Source: a virus. Taken from it: a stretch of DNA of 64,000 bases. This document shows positions 11,501 to 21,229 of the stretch, piece by piece. The notes under the pieces were generated by a model that made no database searches, was not told where the DNA came from, and saw only the letters and a program-made list of their open reading frames with translations. A program made the translations under genes and the position numbers. Each line of letters starts with the position of its first letter. Positions within the stretch are counted from its first letter, which is position 1. The DNA is taken from positions 8,299 to 72,298 of IMG/VR virus record IMGVR_UViG_3300031951_006582. One strand, given 5' to 3'.

Positions 11501-11603
11501 AACTGTTCCTGTCATTGCAGGTCAAGAAAACAGAATGCACGATCATCAAGGTACTGTAAGTGATTCAGTTGATGACTGGGTAAAGCTTGCAGGAATCAAA
11601 TAA
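8550..11603 (+). CDS. Large modular internal head/cargo polyprotein
   Basis: Many short modules separated by LDE/VDE/xNE/LTE junctions; EF-hand-like DFLDLDKDGNKKE; ends KLAGIK. Confidence 0.7.
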   Translation: MKDILGKLSAIEASAPKKAAKKMLNEDSTTPPMNVSNKPASLKDVFENMAMQRPIPVVGKQGDTQETGAGFLHVTDNSPAAQALSNAFGDLASQGKAQIVMPTSGQKTGQQTQQTKPTGQAGQQQQTGQSAKAGATGQQLDELSPDLLKRAGAEASKRQQAAKGPQSLGTEFEGGIELGYEVNGQKTHVVSPSEAAEHIEKGILTPDTRVIVFSPSGRKTAMVLASKVPALKAMFNPQTPGSKFWGMKADKFGQAAKAATSRDQAKDYSAQQTAGMSPAQKRQFDAMSKSGALAEEQLDELSPKTLASYTKKASDDLVDRAEDHAYMKSPERVPGGYTKAIARNQAKGLNRQQGISRAVDKLSGNAKVPANEGAKVDRMVKHIAKSERKLGKSKDEAEDIAWATANKRGMLDNKNKKKMKEADIPSTNGIDTMGAGLGAGRSRTTLEGKKPDFLDLDKDGNKKEPMKKAAADKKKKKVDESMNHRISAARLEGKSHGLRGHAHSGKRYEDLEEMKAYHEGYKEGLDECYGQGVYETAMPATVPGMASAAMPTMEDEMEEGIRDNLKKAGMAAALGATALGAGGMAKGAYDYHHKEIPGMGMSQSDFDKSIGHDPAAGRKSYFGTNTNEAEMDEGNAFTAALAKTPKGGKFTVGGKTFTDRTNYDTKVDEYAFEAWDRELSNLLNEGTEVNEGLSVSISKDQQNSPDSVTITAQDEEAEHLLAFVKNAGLGLFGDDHDHSPSSAMSIQPAHGAPDEVGAGGVDVEVVDGNDGIMGLMQKLSGIQSAGADDYEDEEGDEEQLYGNHSAADKKDCGDYDQPSNEDTCNECGGMMETGHSCGSKEMVDEVESEDQMEFEVAEDNAPDSGAAETTADENAEAEEDKALALKSVNESFFDILARLEQLSEGSGDEPKHPKHHEKDEKDYDDAEEEEEVKESADEDSAEDLTEWANNAGKKGTDASFEADIDFMTKVIAGGLNKPKSTGQTTVPVIAGQENRMHDHQGTVSDSVDDWVKLAGIK

Positions 11604-11633
11604 GCATAAGAACTTATACATAAAATTATGCTG

Positions 11634-11665
11634 AAATAGCCGGGCTAGTTCCCGGCTATTTTATT
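11634..11665 (+). terminator. Rho-independent terminator
   Basis: aaatagccggg-ctagtt-cccggctattttatt. Confidence 0.85.
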
Positions 11666-11689
11666 GGGAATTGTAAATGTACATAAAAC

Positions 11690-11697
11690 GATAAATA
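11690..11697 (+). promoter_or_regulatory. T4-type late promoter GATAAATA
   Basis: Upstream of AGGA RBS and ATG 11727. Confidence 0.7.
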
Positions 11698-11726
11698 CTA
11701 TTAGACTATTAATAGGATTTCAATTC

Positions 11727-14700
11727 ATGGCTCAACGCAATATAGATTTTGGTAGTTTTCCTGACGATCCAAATGCAGATGCAATTAGAACCGCCTTCCA
11801 AAAGGTACAGGAAAATTTCACAGAATTATTTTCTGGTTTACAAGAACAAGCAGTTATCTCGGTTAACAGAACTGCCGGCGTCGGTACAACTGTTAACTCC
11901 CCTACCGGAAATGTTATTATCAGTGCTAATATTGCCCAAGTCAGAATTCAAAGTACAACCCTAGACCTATCAACCGGATCAAACGCTTCGCCGGCATCAC
12001 TTGCAGTAATCAATCAGGGCACTGTTCCGTTTTTCATTAATTTGCCGCAAAGCGTTACTGGAATTTCAAACATCAGCTTAGGTAACACGTTAACTGCTAA
12101 CACCGTCAATGTAAACTTACAAATCAATGGTAATACTGCCAGCTTTACTGGTAACATAGCTACTACTGCCAACGTCAATGCAAACAACGCTAATATCACA
12201 AATAACATATTAGTGGGTGCAAATGCTAACGTAACCGGCAATTTGAATGTCACTACAAACGCTAACGTTACGGCGAATGTTAATGCAGGCAACATAAACG
12301 CTACAGCGAGAATCACTGCTGCAAACGCAAACATTACTGCGAACTTGAATGCCAACATTATAAATGCTAACTTCCTATACGGTGACGGTAGCAATCTTAC
12401 TAATGTTAGCGCAGTTGCAAATACACGAATTCTAAATGGCACAAGCTATGCTAACATTAGCGATGTAAATGGTAACCTAAATATTGTCATAACTGGTAAC
12501 CCGACAATGACTGTGGCTGCAACCGGTGCAAATATTACAGGAACATTGGGTGTATCAGGTAACTTAACAGCAGGTAATTTGATTGGTGTTCTGGCCAACG
12601 GTGGAACCAGCAACATTACTATTGCAGGAGCAACAGGTAATGTTACTACTGCGGTTGCCGGAACTGCTAGAATTACCGCTACATCAACTGGAGCAAACGT
12701 AGCCGGTACATTAGGCGTAAGTGGTAATGCTAATGTTGGTAACTTAGGTACTGCACAGGTATTGGCGAGTGCTAACGTCACTGCACCTCAATTGATCAGT
12801 AACGTTGCAACTGGCACTGCTCCATTAGTCGTTACATCTACCACTCAGGTAGCAAACTTGAATGCAGCAACTGCCGGTACCGCAACAAGTGCCACTACAG
12901 CCGGTACAGTAACAACGGCAGCACAACCAAATATCACAAGCGTTGGTACACTAAGTTCATTAGCAGTAACAGCCAACGTAACTGCTGGCAATGTATATGC
13001 TAACTCAGGTACAGTAGGTGCAAGTCTATTAACCGGTACATTAACAACTGCTTCACAGCCTAATATCACTGGCGTTGGCACACTAACGGCTCTTGGAGTT
13101 AATGGAAATATTACTGCTGCCAACATTACTGCAAATACTGGCGTATTTACAGGTAACGGTAGTGGACTATCGGCACTTAATGCAAGCAATCTTTCAACGG
13201 GTACAGTTCCGAGTGCTAGACTAACCGGTAGCTATTCTATCTCAGTTACAAGCGCAGGGACAGCAGGCACTGTAACGACAGCAGCACAGCCTAATATTAC
13301 ATCAGTAGGTACATTGACAGTCCTAGATGTAAACGGAAACATTACTGCTGCAAATATCACTGCTAACACAGGCGTATTTACAGGTAACGGTAGTGGATTA
13401 AGTGCAATTGCTGGCGCAAACGTAACAGGTACTGTTGCTAATGCTACTACTGCAACTCTTGCAAATACAATCAATGTCACTACACAAACTTCTGGCAATG
13501 CATTCCTTGTATTAGGTAACGCATTGACTGGAAATGTTAGTGAAACTGCAAACGCAGCGTTTGTAGCTAATACAAGCAATGGCGCAATTCACGCAACTAC
13601 ATTTGTCGGTGCATTAAGTGGTGCTGCAACCACAGCAGGTACAGTAACAACCGCAGCACAACCAAATATCACAAGTGTCGGTACATTAGCTAATCTATCA
13701 GTGACAGCAAATGTTACTGCTGGTAATGTCTATGCTAACTCCGGTACTGTTGGTGCGTCACTACTAACAGGTACCTTAACTACTGCTGCACAACCAAACG
13801 TAACAAGCGTTGGTACATTAGGTAATTTATCAGTGACCGCAAATGTTACTGCTGGAAATGTCTATGCTAACTCAGGCACAATCGGCGCTTCATTACTCGC
13901 TGGCACACTAACTACTGCTGCTCAACCAAACGTAACAAGTGTTGGTACGTTAACTGGCCTCGGAGTGAATGGTAATATTACTGCTGCAAACATTACTGCT
14001 AACACAGGCGTGTTTACTGGTAATGCTGCTGGATTAACAAACATACCAGGTGGTAATGTTTCAGGAGCAGTGGCCAGTGCTACAACAGCAGGCACCGTAA
14101 CAACTGCTGCTCAACCAAACATCACTTCAGTCGGTACTCTATCATCGCTATCAGTTTCCGGAAATCTATCTTCGGGTAATGCTAACTTAGGAAATCTCGC
14201 AAGAGCTAATTTCTTCCAAGGTGATGGTAGCCTATTGACAAATATCTCAGTTGGCGCCGGAAGCTTCATTGCTAATGGAAATAGTAACGTAAGCGTTACC
14301 TCTGCTAACGGTAACGTAGCTATCTCAGCAGTAGGCAACGCTAATATAGTAGTCGTTACTGGTACCGGTGCAAACATCAATGGCACTGCGAATGTTTCTG
14401 GTAATCTATCAGCCGGTAATATTTCAGCTACGTCAATCGCGGGCAACTTAACTACTGCTGCTCAAACAAACATTACAAGTTTAGGTACGCTAACTGGACT
14501 AAACGTTAACGGTACTAGTAATTTAGGCCCTAACAGCAATGTCATTATTACGGGCGGTGTCGCTAACGCATTCTTGAGAACAGATGGTAGTGGTAACCTA
14601 TCTTGGGACACTGCAACTCTTGTTCCAGCTCAAGGTTCCAATACCCAAGTCATTTTCAATGATGGCGGCACAGTATATGCAGGTAGTAACGCCCTAACAT

Positions 14701-17192
14701 TTAACAAGACTTCAAACGTATTAACATTGGGTGGAAACTTATCAGTAGGAAACATCAGCGGTGCAAATAATGTTATTTCTAACTTCTTTACTGGTACGCT
14801 AAGAACTAATGCTCAACCTAACATCACGAGCGTAGGCACTCTTGCCTCATTAAACGTAAATAATACTATCACTGCTGTGGCATTTACTGCTAACACAGGC
14901 GTATTTACGGGTAATGGTAGTGGACTAAGTGCAATCGCTGGTGCTAATGTTACCGGAACAGTAGCAAATGCTACATTCGCAACATCTGCCGGTTCTGCAA
15001 CCACAGCAGGTACTGTAACAACTGCTGCACAGCCAAATATTACGAGTGTAGGTACATTAACTGGATTAACCGTTGACGGAAACATTACTGTAGGAAATAT
15101 CAGCGGTGCAAATAACGTTATTTCTAACTTCTTTACTGGCACGCTAAGAACTAATGCTCAACCAAATATCACTTCAGTTGGTACATTAACGGGTCTAGGA
15201 GTAAACGGAAACATTACTGCTGCAAATATCACTGCTAATACAGGTGTGTTTACGGGTAATGGTAGTGGACTAAGTGCAATCGCAGGTGCTAACGTAACTG
15301 GCACTGTATCAAGTGCAGCCACTGCAACAAATGCAACTGCGGTATTAACTAATACATCTACTGCAACTACGGTATACTTAACCGGTACGTCTACTGCTGC
15401 AAATGCACATGCCTCACTTGAAAAAGTAACCGGCATTTTTGCTAATATGAGCAATAATAGTATTACTGCAACAACATTTGTAGGTGCTCTATCTGGCGCT
15501 GCTACGAGTGCAACTACTGCCGGTACAGTAACAACTGCGGCTCAACCGAACATTACAAGCGTGGGCACTCTTACATCGCTCGGTGTTAACGGAACAATTA
15601 CCGCAGTCAACATTACAGCTAATACCGGCGTCTTTACTGGTAATGGTAGTGGTCTTAGTGCAATTGCTGGTGCGAACGTAACCGGTACAGTATCTTCAGC
15701 CACAACGGCAGGTACTGTAACAACTGCTGCACAGCCAAATATCACTTCAGTTGGCACACTAACTTCTTTGGGTGTTAACGGCACTGTAACAGCAGTAAAC
15801 TTCACTGCTAATACTGGTGTGTTTGCTGGTAGTGGTGCTAACTTAACTACACTTAATGCAAGCAACATCTCAAGTGGTACATTAGCACAAGCAAGATTGG
15901 CAAACGCAAGTGTAACATTGGGTAGTACAGCATTGACATTAGGCGGCACGGTAACAACAGTGGCCGGTCTAACAAGTGTTACATCTACAACGTTTGTCGG
16001 TTCATTGTCGGGGGCAGCAACTACGGCAGGTACTGTAACAACAGCAGCACAGCCGAATATCACAAGTGTTGGTACATTGACAGGCCTTGATGTAAACGGA
16101 AATATTACTGCTGCAAATATCACTGCCAATACAGGGGTGTTTACGGGCAATGGTAGCGGTCTATCTGCGTTGAATGCAAGCAATATTTCAACAGGAACCC
16201 TTGCTCAAGCAAGACTCGCTAATGCAAGCGTAACATTAGGTAGTACTGCGTTAACGTTAGGGTCAACGGTTACAACTGTTGCTGGTCTATCAAGTGTAAC
16301 TTCTACTACATTCGTTGGTTCATTGTCAGGTGCTGCTACAACTGCTGGTACTGTAACTACAGCAGCACAACCCAACATTACTTCAGTCGGTACACTAGCC
16401 AATCTGACCGCCGGAGCAATCACTATCAACGGAACAACTGGATTGCCGGCACAAATAAGTGGGCAACCAGTAATTACTGGATCGCTAGGATCTCCAAATA
16501 TCGGGGCATTGTATATAGGTGATGGTACTGGTTGGCAATTTAAGTTTAGATCAAGAATCGGTAGTGTTGATACAGATAGAGTAACCTTCTTTGATAACGG
16601 CAACGTAACTCTCAACACCGGTGTAATTACAGGTAACGGTAGCGGTCTAAGTGCAATCGCCGGCGCTAATGTCACTGGAGCAGTCGCATTTGCTACAACC
16701 GCAAATGCTGTAGCAGGAGCTAACGTAAGCGGCACTGTTTCAAGTGCAACTACTGCAACAACAGCAGGTACTGTAACAACAGCAGCCCAGCCAAATATCA
16801 CCTCAACCGGTACACTAACCAGCTTGACTGTATCGGGCAATGTTACTGCTCAGGCTAATGTCAATATGACAGGCTTTGTGATTCGTTCTGTCAGCACTGG
16901 TATTGCAGCAGCAGGTAGTAACCAAGGTACCGCAACAGCAATCACAAGAGAAATGAATGTTGTCTCTACTGTAGCATCAGGTGCGGGGGTTATTCTTCCA
17001 ACTGCGGTAGCAGGTATGGTGGTATCAATTACTAACACAAGTGCTAACTCATTACTAGTTTATCCGCACTCGGGCGGAGACATTAACGGTGCAGCAACAA
17101 ACGTTGCTTTCACTCACACCGCAGGAGCAACATTACAGTATATTGCTCCTACAACTTCTGACTGGTACACAGTCGGTGCAACTTATGCTTAA
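11727..17192 (+). CDS. Long repeat-rich tail fibre/baseplate-attached fibre protein
   Basis: Start MAQRNIDFG (RBS aatagga); N-terminal DAIRTAFQKVQENFTEL baseplate-attachment motif (gp9/10-like); many TTAAQPNITSVGTL and NITANTGVFTGNGSGLS repeats. Confidence 0.8.
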   Translation: MAQRNIDFGSFPDDPNADAIRTAFQKVQENFTELFSGLQEQAVISVNRTAGVGTTVNSPTGNVIISANIAQVRIQSTTLDLSTGSNASPASLAVINQGTVPFFINLPQSVTGISNISLGNTLTANTVNVNLQINGNTASFTGNIATTANVNANNANITNNILVGANANVTGNLNVTTNANVTANVNAGNINATARITAANANITANLNANIINANFLYGDGSNLTNVSAVANTRILNGTSYANISDVNGNLNIVITGNPTMTVAATGANITGTLGVSGNLTAGNLIGVLANGGTSNITIAGATGNVTTAVAGTARITATSTGANVAGTLGVSGNANVGNLGTAQVLASANVTAPQLISNVATGTAPLVVTSTTQVANLNAATAGTATSATTAGTVTTAAQPNITSVGTLSSLAVTANVTAGNVYANSGTVGASLLTGTLTTASQPNITGVGTLTALGVNGNITAANITANTGVFTGNGSGLSALNASNLSTGTVPSARLTGSYSISVTSAGTAGTVTTAAQPNITSVGTLTVLDVNGNITAANITANTGVFTGNGSGLSAIAGANVTGTVANATTATLANTINVTTQTSGNAFLVLGNALTGNVSETANAAFVANTSNGAIHATTFVGALSGAATTAGTVTTAAQPNITSVGTLANLSVTANVTAGNVYANSGTVGASLLTGTLTTAAQPNVTSVGTLGNLSVTANVTAGNVYANSGTIGASLLAGTLTTAAQPNVTSVGTLTGLGVNGNITAANITANTGVFTGNAAGLTNIPGGNVSGAVASATTAGTVTTAAQPNITSVGTLSSLSVSGNLSSGNANLGNLARANFFQGDGSLLTNISVGAGSFIANGNSNVSVTSANGNVAISAVGNANIVVVTGTGANINGTANVSGNLSAGNISATSIAGNLTTAAQTNITSLGTLTGLNVNGTSNLGPNSNVIITGGVANAFLRTDGSGNLSWDTATLVPAQGSNTQVIFNDGGTVYAGSNALTFNKTSNVLTLGGNLSVGNISGANNVISNFFTGTLRTNAQPNITSVGTLASLNVNNTITAVAFTANTGVFTGNGSGLSAIAGANVTGTVANATFATSAGSATTAGTVTTAAQPNITSVGTLTGLTVDGNITVGNISGANNVISNFFTGTLRTNAQPNITSVGTLTGLGVNGNITAANITANTGVFTGNGSGLSAIAGANVTGTVSSAATATNATAVLTNTSTATTVYLTGTSTAANAHASLEKVTGIFANMSNNSITATTFVGALSGAATSATTAGTVTTAAQPNITSVGTLTSLGVNGTITAVNITANTGVFTGNGSGLSAIAGANVTGTVSSATTAGTVTTAAQPNITSVGTLTSLGVNGTVTAVNFTANTGVFAGSGANLTTLNASNISSGTLAQARLANASVTLGSTALTLGGTVTTVAGLTSVTSTTFVGSLSGAATTAGTVTTAAQPNITSVGTLTGLDVNGNITAANITANTGVFTGNGSGLSALNASNISTGTLAQARLANASVTLGSTALTLGSTVTTVAGLSSVTSTTFVGSLSGAATTAGTVTTAAQPNITSVGTLANLTAGAITINGTTGLPAQISGQPVITGSLGSPNIGALYIGDGTGWQFKFRSRIGSVDTDRVTFFDNGNVTLNTGVITGNGSGLSAIAGANVTGAVAFATTANAVAGANVSGTVSSATTATTAGTVTTAAQPNITSTGTLTSLTVSGNVTAQANVNMTGFVIRSVSTGIAAAGSNQGTATAITREMNVVSTVASGAGVILPTAVAGMVVSITNTSANSLLVYPHSGGDINGAATNVAFTHTAGATLQYIAPTTSDWYTVGATYA
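12895..16830 (+). repeat. Degenerate coding repeats (AGTVTTAAQPNITSVGTL / TANTGVFTGNGSGLS) within the fibre gene
   Basis: More than a dozen recurrences in the translation; synonymous divergence at the DNA level. Confidence 0.9.
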
Positions 17193-17209
17193 CATAGAAA
17201 GGTAATATA

Positions 17210-17380
17210 ATGGCTAAAGCAAAAACAAGTGGTGGTTCAAATAAGGGACAAAAGATTTCATTTACTCAACAATCTAAGGGTAAAACAACGATTGGATTGT
17301 CACATAGTTCAATCAAGTTTTCTACTATGAATAAGCATAAGCGTAGAAATTATAAAGCATACCGAGGTCAAGGTAGATAA
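17210..17380 (+). CDS. Small basic protein (56 aa) ending MNKHKRRNYKAYRGQGR; not in ORF track
   Basis: Translated by hand; RBS gaaagg; C-terminus resembles a conserved small basic protein of T4-like phages. Confidence 0.75.
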   Translation: MAKAKTSGGSNKGQKISFTQQSKGKTTIGLSHSSIKFSTMNKHKRRNYKAYRGQGR

Positions 17381-17389
17381 AGGATTAAC

Positions 17390-19909
17390 ATGGCACAGCC
17401 CATTTGGAACACACCTGCAGGAAACATAGGAGCTTTCGCTTCAGGATCAGTAATAAGATTTCAGTTATCCGCGTTTCCTGTCCCGCCAGCAACAAGCCTA
17501 ACCTATCAATTGATAAGTGGGCAACTACCAGCGGGTGTTTCAATCAGTAACATCGGTTTAATTTCAGGAAACACGCAGCCTGAAATTATGAACACGACAT
17601 ATATATTTACTGTTAGGGTTACTGACAACAATCAAAACATAAGAGATAGAACGTTTTCTATTATTATGTCGGGGGTAGATGCTCCGGAATTCATTACTCC
17701 TCCAGGAACTCTATTAAATACGTTTGACAGTCTTTGGGTAGAATATCCTATTGAATATTCCGTTCCCATCCCTGATACTTCAGTGATTGTTAATTTAGTA
17801 CAGGGTAGACTTCCACCTGGGTTAGAAATCAATGAATTTGGATTGATCAGAGGATATCCCAATCCCCCGGTTGTTAATGTTAGCTTAGGCTCAGTAAATG
17901 CTTCAGTGCTTGCAACTATAGATAATACCATGGTTGCATCAAGCACACTTGGATTTCGTCCAGGTCGTCCTATTGTGTTCAGCGGTGATGTGTTCGGTGG
18001 CGTAACAGCAGATCAAACTTATTATGTTAGAGAGATAATAGATAGCACTACATTTACAATCTCTACTTCAGTCAATGGTCCAATATATGAGCTATCGAAC
18101 GATGCAGGATTTATGATTGCATTTTTACCTAATATCTCAGTAGGTCAGCCCACTATACAAACTTACGATTTTACACTAAAGTTGATAACGCCATTTGGTG
18201 AAGCACTTGAAACTTATTCAATTGTTGTTACCAATCAGAATGCCTCCCCGTCAATTGGTGGCCCGGGTAGACCATTCAATACTAGACCGCCGACCATCTT
18301 GAATACAAGACCGCTCACTTATGATATTTTAGTGAACGATATTGATTACAGATTTTATCTATTTCCGCCAAACAGTCGCGGAGAAACTTATGCTCCAACT
18401 CAGTTAGCCAATATCGGAAGATTCAACAGTGATGACAAGTTTGCTTTTCAAATCTTAGGAAAAGACTTTGACAATAGCGAACTTGAATATGTGTTTGCTA
18501 ACTTACCATTAGGATTAGTGGGGGATTCTACTACCGGATGGGTAACTGGAAATCCAATGATTTCTCCTGACAATATAAATCAGTTTACGTTCTCAGTAGC
18601 GGTACGTAAGCGTAACAATCCTAGCATCACGACTCCATCTTTCAACTTCTCATTCATAGTTAGAAACAGCGTTGATGGTGAAATAGTTTGGGTGACTCCT
18701 ACTGATTTAGGAACAGTGTTTAACGGAACAGATAGCACGTTAAGTATAGTTGCGACGAGTGATGTACCTTTGCAATATTCTCTTGTATCTGGTACTCTTC
18801 CTCCAAATCTATCACTACTCAGCACGGGTGAATTAGCAGGCACTTTTGCTTTTCAACCTAATGATTTCTTAGTAGGTGCAGATGCCATCAGTGAATTTAC
18901 ATTCACGGTAAGAGCGTCCTCTCCTAATTTCCCTATTGTCAATAGTGATAGAACGTTTACTGTATCTGTACAGCAACTATTCCCGTACCCACTAGATAAC
19001 ATTTACATTAAGTGTACACCTGGTATTGCTGATAGAGACTTGTTAGCAACACTGCTGGACAATGACTCATTGATTCCTAGCGAGATGATTTATAGACCAC
19101 AAGACAGTAATTTTGGTAAAGCTACCAGCGTAGTATATGAACACGCATTTGGTATAAATGCAAGTAGTTTCAATGAATATGTTGCGGCTGTTACTATAAA
19201 TCATTATTGGAGACAGTTGACCTTAGGGGAAATAAAGACTGCTGTTGCAAGAGACGAGGAAACAGGAGAAATCATTTACGAGGTTGTATATAGCTCAGTA
19301 ATTGACAATCTTGTGAATCCAAAAGGTCAAAGCGTAAGTAAAGAAATCCTTTGGCCTAGATTTATTCCACTGAATCAGGGTCCATGGTATGCCAGCGTAA
19401 CTGATATCTATACGAGCTATATTGGACAGAATAATCAAGTAGATTTCTATACAAGCTTAACTCCAGGATACGCAAGGTTGCTATATCCAAACAGTTTAGA
19501 TAACATGAGAGAGCAAGTAGCAGATGTGCTGGGCACAGTGAATAACACTAACATCTTGCCATTATGGATGACAAGTCAGCAACTAGACGGTAACACATTA
19601 GGATTTACTCCGGCTTGGGTAATATGCTATACTAAGCCCGGATTCTCAGAGACAATCAAAAACAACATCGAAACCAATTGGAAGAATCCAGTAGGACAGC
19701 TTCAAACACTTAACCTAATTGATTTCAAGATTGATAGATTTACTGTTGAAAAGAAAAATACTTACGACTTTGACAACAATTTGGTTCCCCCGGCTTGGAC
19801 TTCACTACCGAGTGGTTCTCCTGTCCCTGATCCAGCAGACAGTAAAGATTTTTATGTGTTGTTCCCTCGTCCGACAATTTTACCTAACCAGCTACAATAT
19901 CCACGATAA
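17390..19909 (+). CDS. Baseplate wedge-like protein with putative Ig (He_PIG) repeats
   Basis: Repeated SGQLPAGVSI/GRLPPGL/SGTLPPNLSL...G and FTFTVRA Ig-like units; IYEVVY. Confidence 0.7.
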   Translation: MAQPIWNTPAGNIGAFASGSVIRFQLSAFPVPPATSLTYQLISGQLPAGVSISNIGLISGNTQPEIMNTTYIFTVRVTDNNQNIRDRTFSIIMSGVDAPEFITPPGTLLNTFDSLWVEYPIEYSVPIPDTSVIVNLVQGRLPPGLEINEFGLIRGYPNPPVVNVSLGSVNASVLATIDNTMVASSTLGFRPGRPIVFSGDVFGGVTADQTYYVREIIDSTTFTISTSVNGPIYELSNDAGFMIAFLPNISVGQPTIQTYDFTLKLITPFGEALETYSIVVTNQNASPSIGGPGRPFNTRPPTILNTRPLTYDILVNDIDYRFYLFPPNSRGETYAPTQLANIGRFNSDDKFAFQILGKDFDNSELEYVFANLPLGLVGDSTTGWVTGNPMISPDNINQFTFSVAVRKRNNPSITTPSFNFSFIVRNSVDGEIVWVTPTDLGTVFNGTDSTLSIVATSDVPLQYSLVSGTLPPNLSLLSTGELAGTFAFQPNDFLVGADAISEFTFTVRASSPNFPIVNSDRTFTVSVQQLFPYPLDNIYIKCTPGIADRDLLATLLDNDSLIPSEMIYRPQDSNFGKATSVVYEHAFGINASSFNEYVAAVTINHYWRQLTLGEIKTAVARDEETGEIIYEVVYSSVIDNLVNPKGQSVSKEILWPRFIPLNQGPWYASVTDIYTSYIGQNNQVDFYTSLTPGYARLLYPNSLDNMREQVADVLGTVNNTNILPLWMTSQQLDGNTLGFTPAWVICYTKPGFSETIKNNIETNWKNPVGQLQTLNLIDFKIDRFTVEKKNTYDFDNNLVPPAWTSLPSGSPVPDPADSKDFYVLFPRPTILPNQLQYPR

Positions 19910-19938
19910 ATAGATTATATTAATAGGAATTTAACACA

Positions 19939-20979
19939 GTGTCACAAATCAACACTAACGGAATCAATGTAAACTATCCTGTCCCGGGGCAGAACAATAG
20001 CTCTCAGGGCTTCAGAGATAATTTTGGGCAAATTAGAACCAATCTAAACACTGCGGCAACAGAAATCACCGACTTGCAAACTAAAGTTGTGTTGAAGGCT
20101 GCATTGGATAACTCAGTTCTTAATAACGACATGGCTAATGTACAGATTAGTAACTGTTCTACTAGAGGCTTTAGAGGTACAACTTTCAATTTAGGAAATG
20201 CTCTCGCCGGTACAGTTCTCGTTGACGTTAACAAAGCAGATGTTCATTACGGTACAGTTACTGGAAACGTAACATTGCAGTTTGGGAGCTGGGCTCCAAC
20301 TAATACTGAAAGTAAGGTTTCTCTAAGACTAGCAGTTGCTAATGTTGATGCTGTTATTTCATTGCCGAGTCAGGTAGTTTCATCTAATAACAACTTCGGT
20401 ACTACGCTAATTGAAAATTACACAAGAATCGGCAACACAGCTACTATCACTGCTCCTGCAAACACGGAAGTTCTAGAATTTACGTTTACGTCATTAGATT
20501 GCGGTAACACAATCAATATGACCCCCACCAACAGACCATATCAAGCTACTCAGATAGTAACACGTACTCCTCCCCCAACTGGCGTACCGGGCGATGTTGC
20601 AGGAACGGTATCCGTAGATGCTAACTATGTGTATGTCTGCACAGGTGATTTTGACTCAGACATATACGCTAAGGGAGTTGCAAACACAAATGCAACAGGC
20701 AACATCATTCGACTTAACAATACTACTAACTTAGTAGCAGACGCACCAATCATCTTTACTGGTAACGTAGATACAGCAAATACAAATCTCGTAGCTAATA
20801 CGGTATACTACATCAAAACAGTAGCATCACCTGATATTACTATTAGTGCTACAAGAGTAGCCGGAACGGCAGGCGCAGAGTTTGCTGTGGGGACCAAAGC
20901 TAATATTGCTAATACTATTACAGCTACAGCTATCGTAGGTACTGATATTTGGAAACGTATTGAACTAGATACCTGGTAA
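19939..20979 (+). CDS. Virion structural protein (baseplate/tail)
   Basis: YPVPGQNNSSQGFRDNF N-terminus; C-terminal IWKRIEL; late promoter at 19905-19912. Confidence 0.7.
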   Translation: MSQINTNGINVNYPVPGQNNSSQGFRDNFGQIRTNLNTAATEITDLQTKVVLKAALDNSVLNNDMANVQISNCSTRGFRGTTFNLGNALAGTVLVDVNKADVHYGTVTGNVTLQFGSWAPTNTESKVSLRLAVANVDAVISLPSQVVSSNNNFGTTLIENYTRIGNTATITAPANTEVLEFTFTSLDCGNTINMTPTNRPYQATQIVTRTPPPTGVPGDVAGTVSVDANYVYVCTGDFDSDIYAKGVANTNATGNIIRLNNTTNLVADAPIIFTGNVDTANTNLVANTVYYIKTVASPDITISATRVAGTAGAEFAVGTKANIANTITATAIVGTDIWKRIELDTW

Positions 20980-20983
20980 TATC

Positions 20984-21229
20984 GTGGAACATCCGTTTTT
21001 AAGCAGCAACGATTTAAAAGACAAGACTATTGAAGAAATTCAAGATGCTATGTCTAACTTGATGAATAAGCTTACCTTTGCTTATAGAACGCAGAACGGC
21101 CCTTTAATTCATCAACTTCAAATGGTCTTAGAAAGTCACAGAACACAATACTATAAAAAAATGGATGATATATTTGCTAAGCAAAAGCTAAACAACCAAA
21201 TCAACATTCAAAGTGATAGACCAGCATGA
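20984..21229 (+). CDS. Hypothetical protein
   Basis: Clean ORF in operon. Confidence 0.65.
   Translation: MEHPFLSSNDLKDKTIEEIQDAMSNLMNKLTFAYRTQNGPLIHQLQMVLESHRTQYYKKMDDIFAKQKLNNQINIQSDRPA

Noticed and set aside
11664-11726. ORF-track upstream starts (also 26048, 46841, 49546, 53417, 56767, 61387, 63444)
   Set aside because: Extensions run through terminators, promoters or upstream genes; downstream starts with RBS, coupling or leaderless geometry fit better
12895-16830. Recurrent DNA repeats as a possible CRISPR array or DGR
   Set aside because: Repeats are in-frame with synonymous variation, lack unique fixed-length spacers, and no cas or reverse transcriptase gene is in the window
12014-17038. 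Series of long minus-strand ORFs within the fibre gene
   Set aside because: Antisense shadows of a low-complexity repeat coding frame; no RBS or recognisable family
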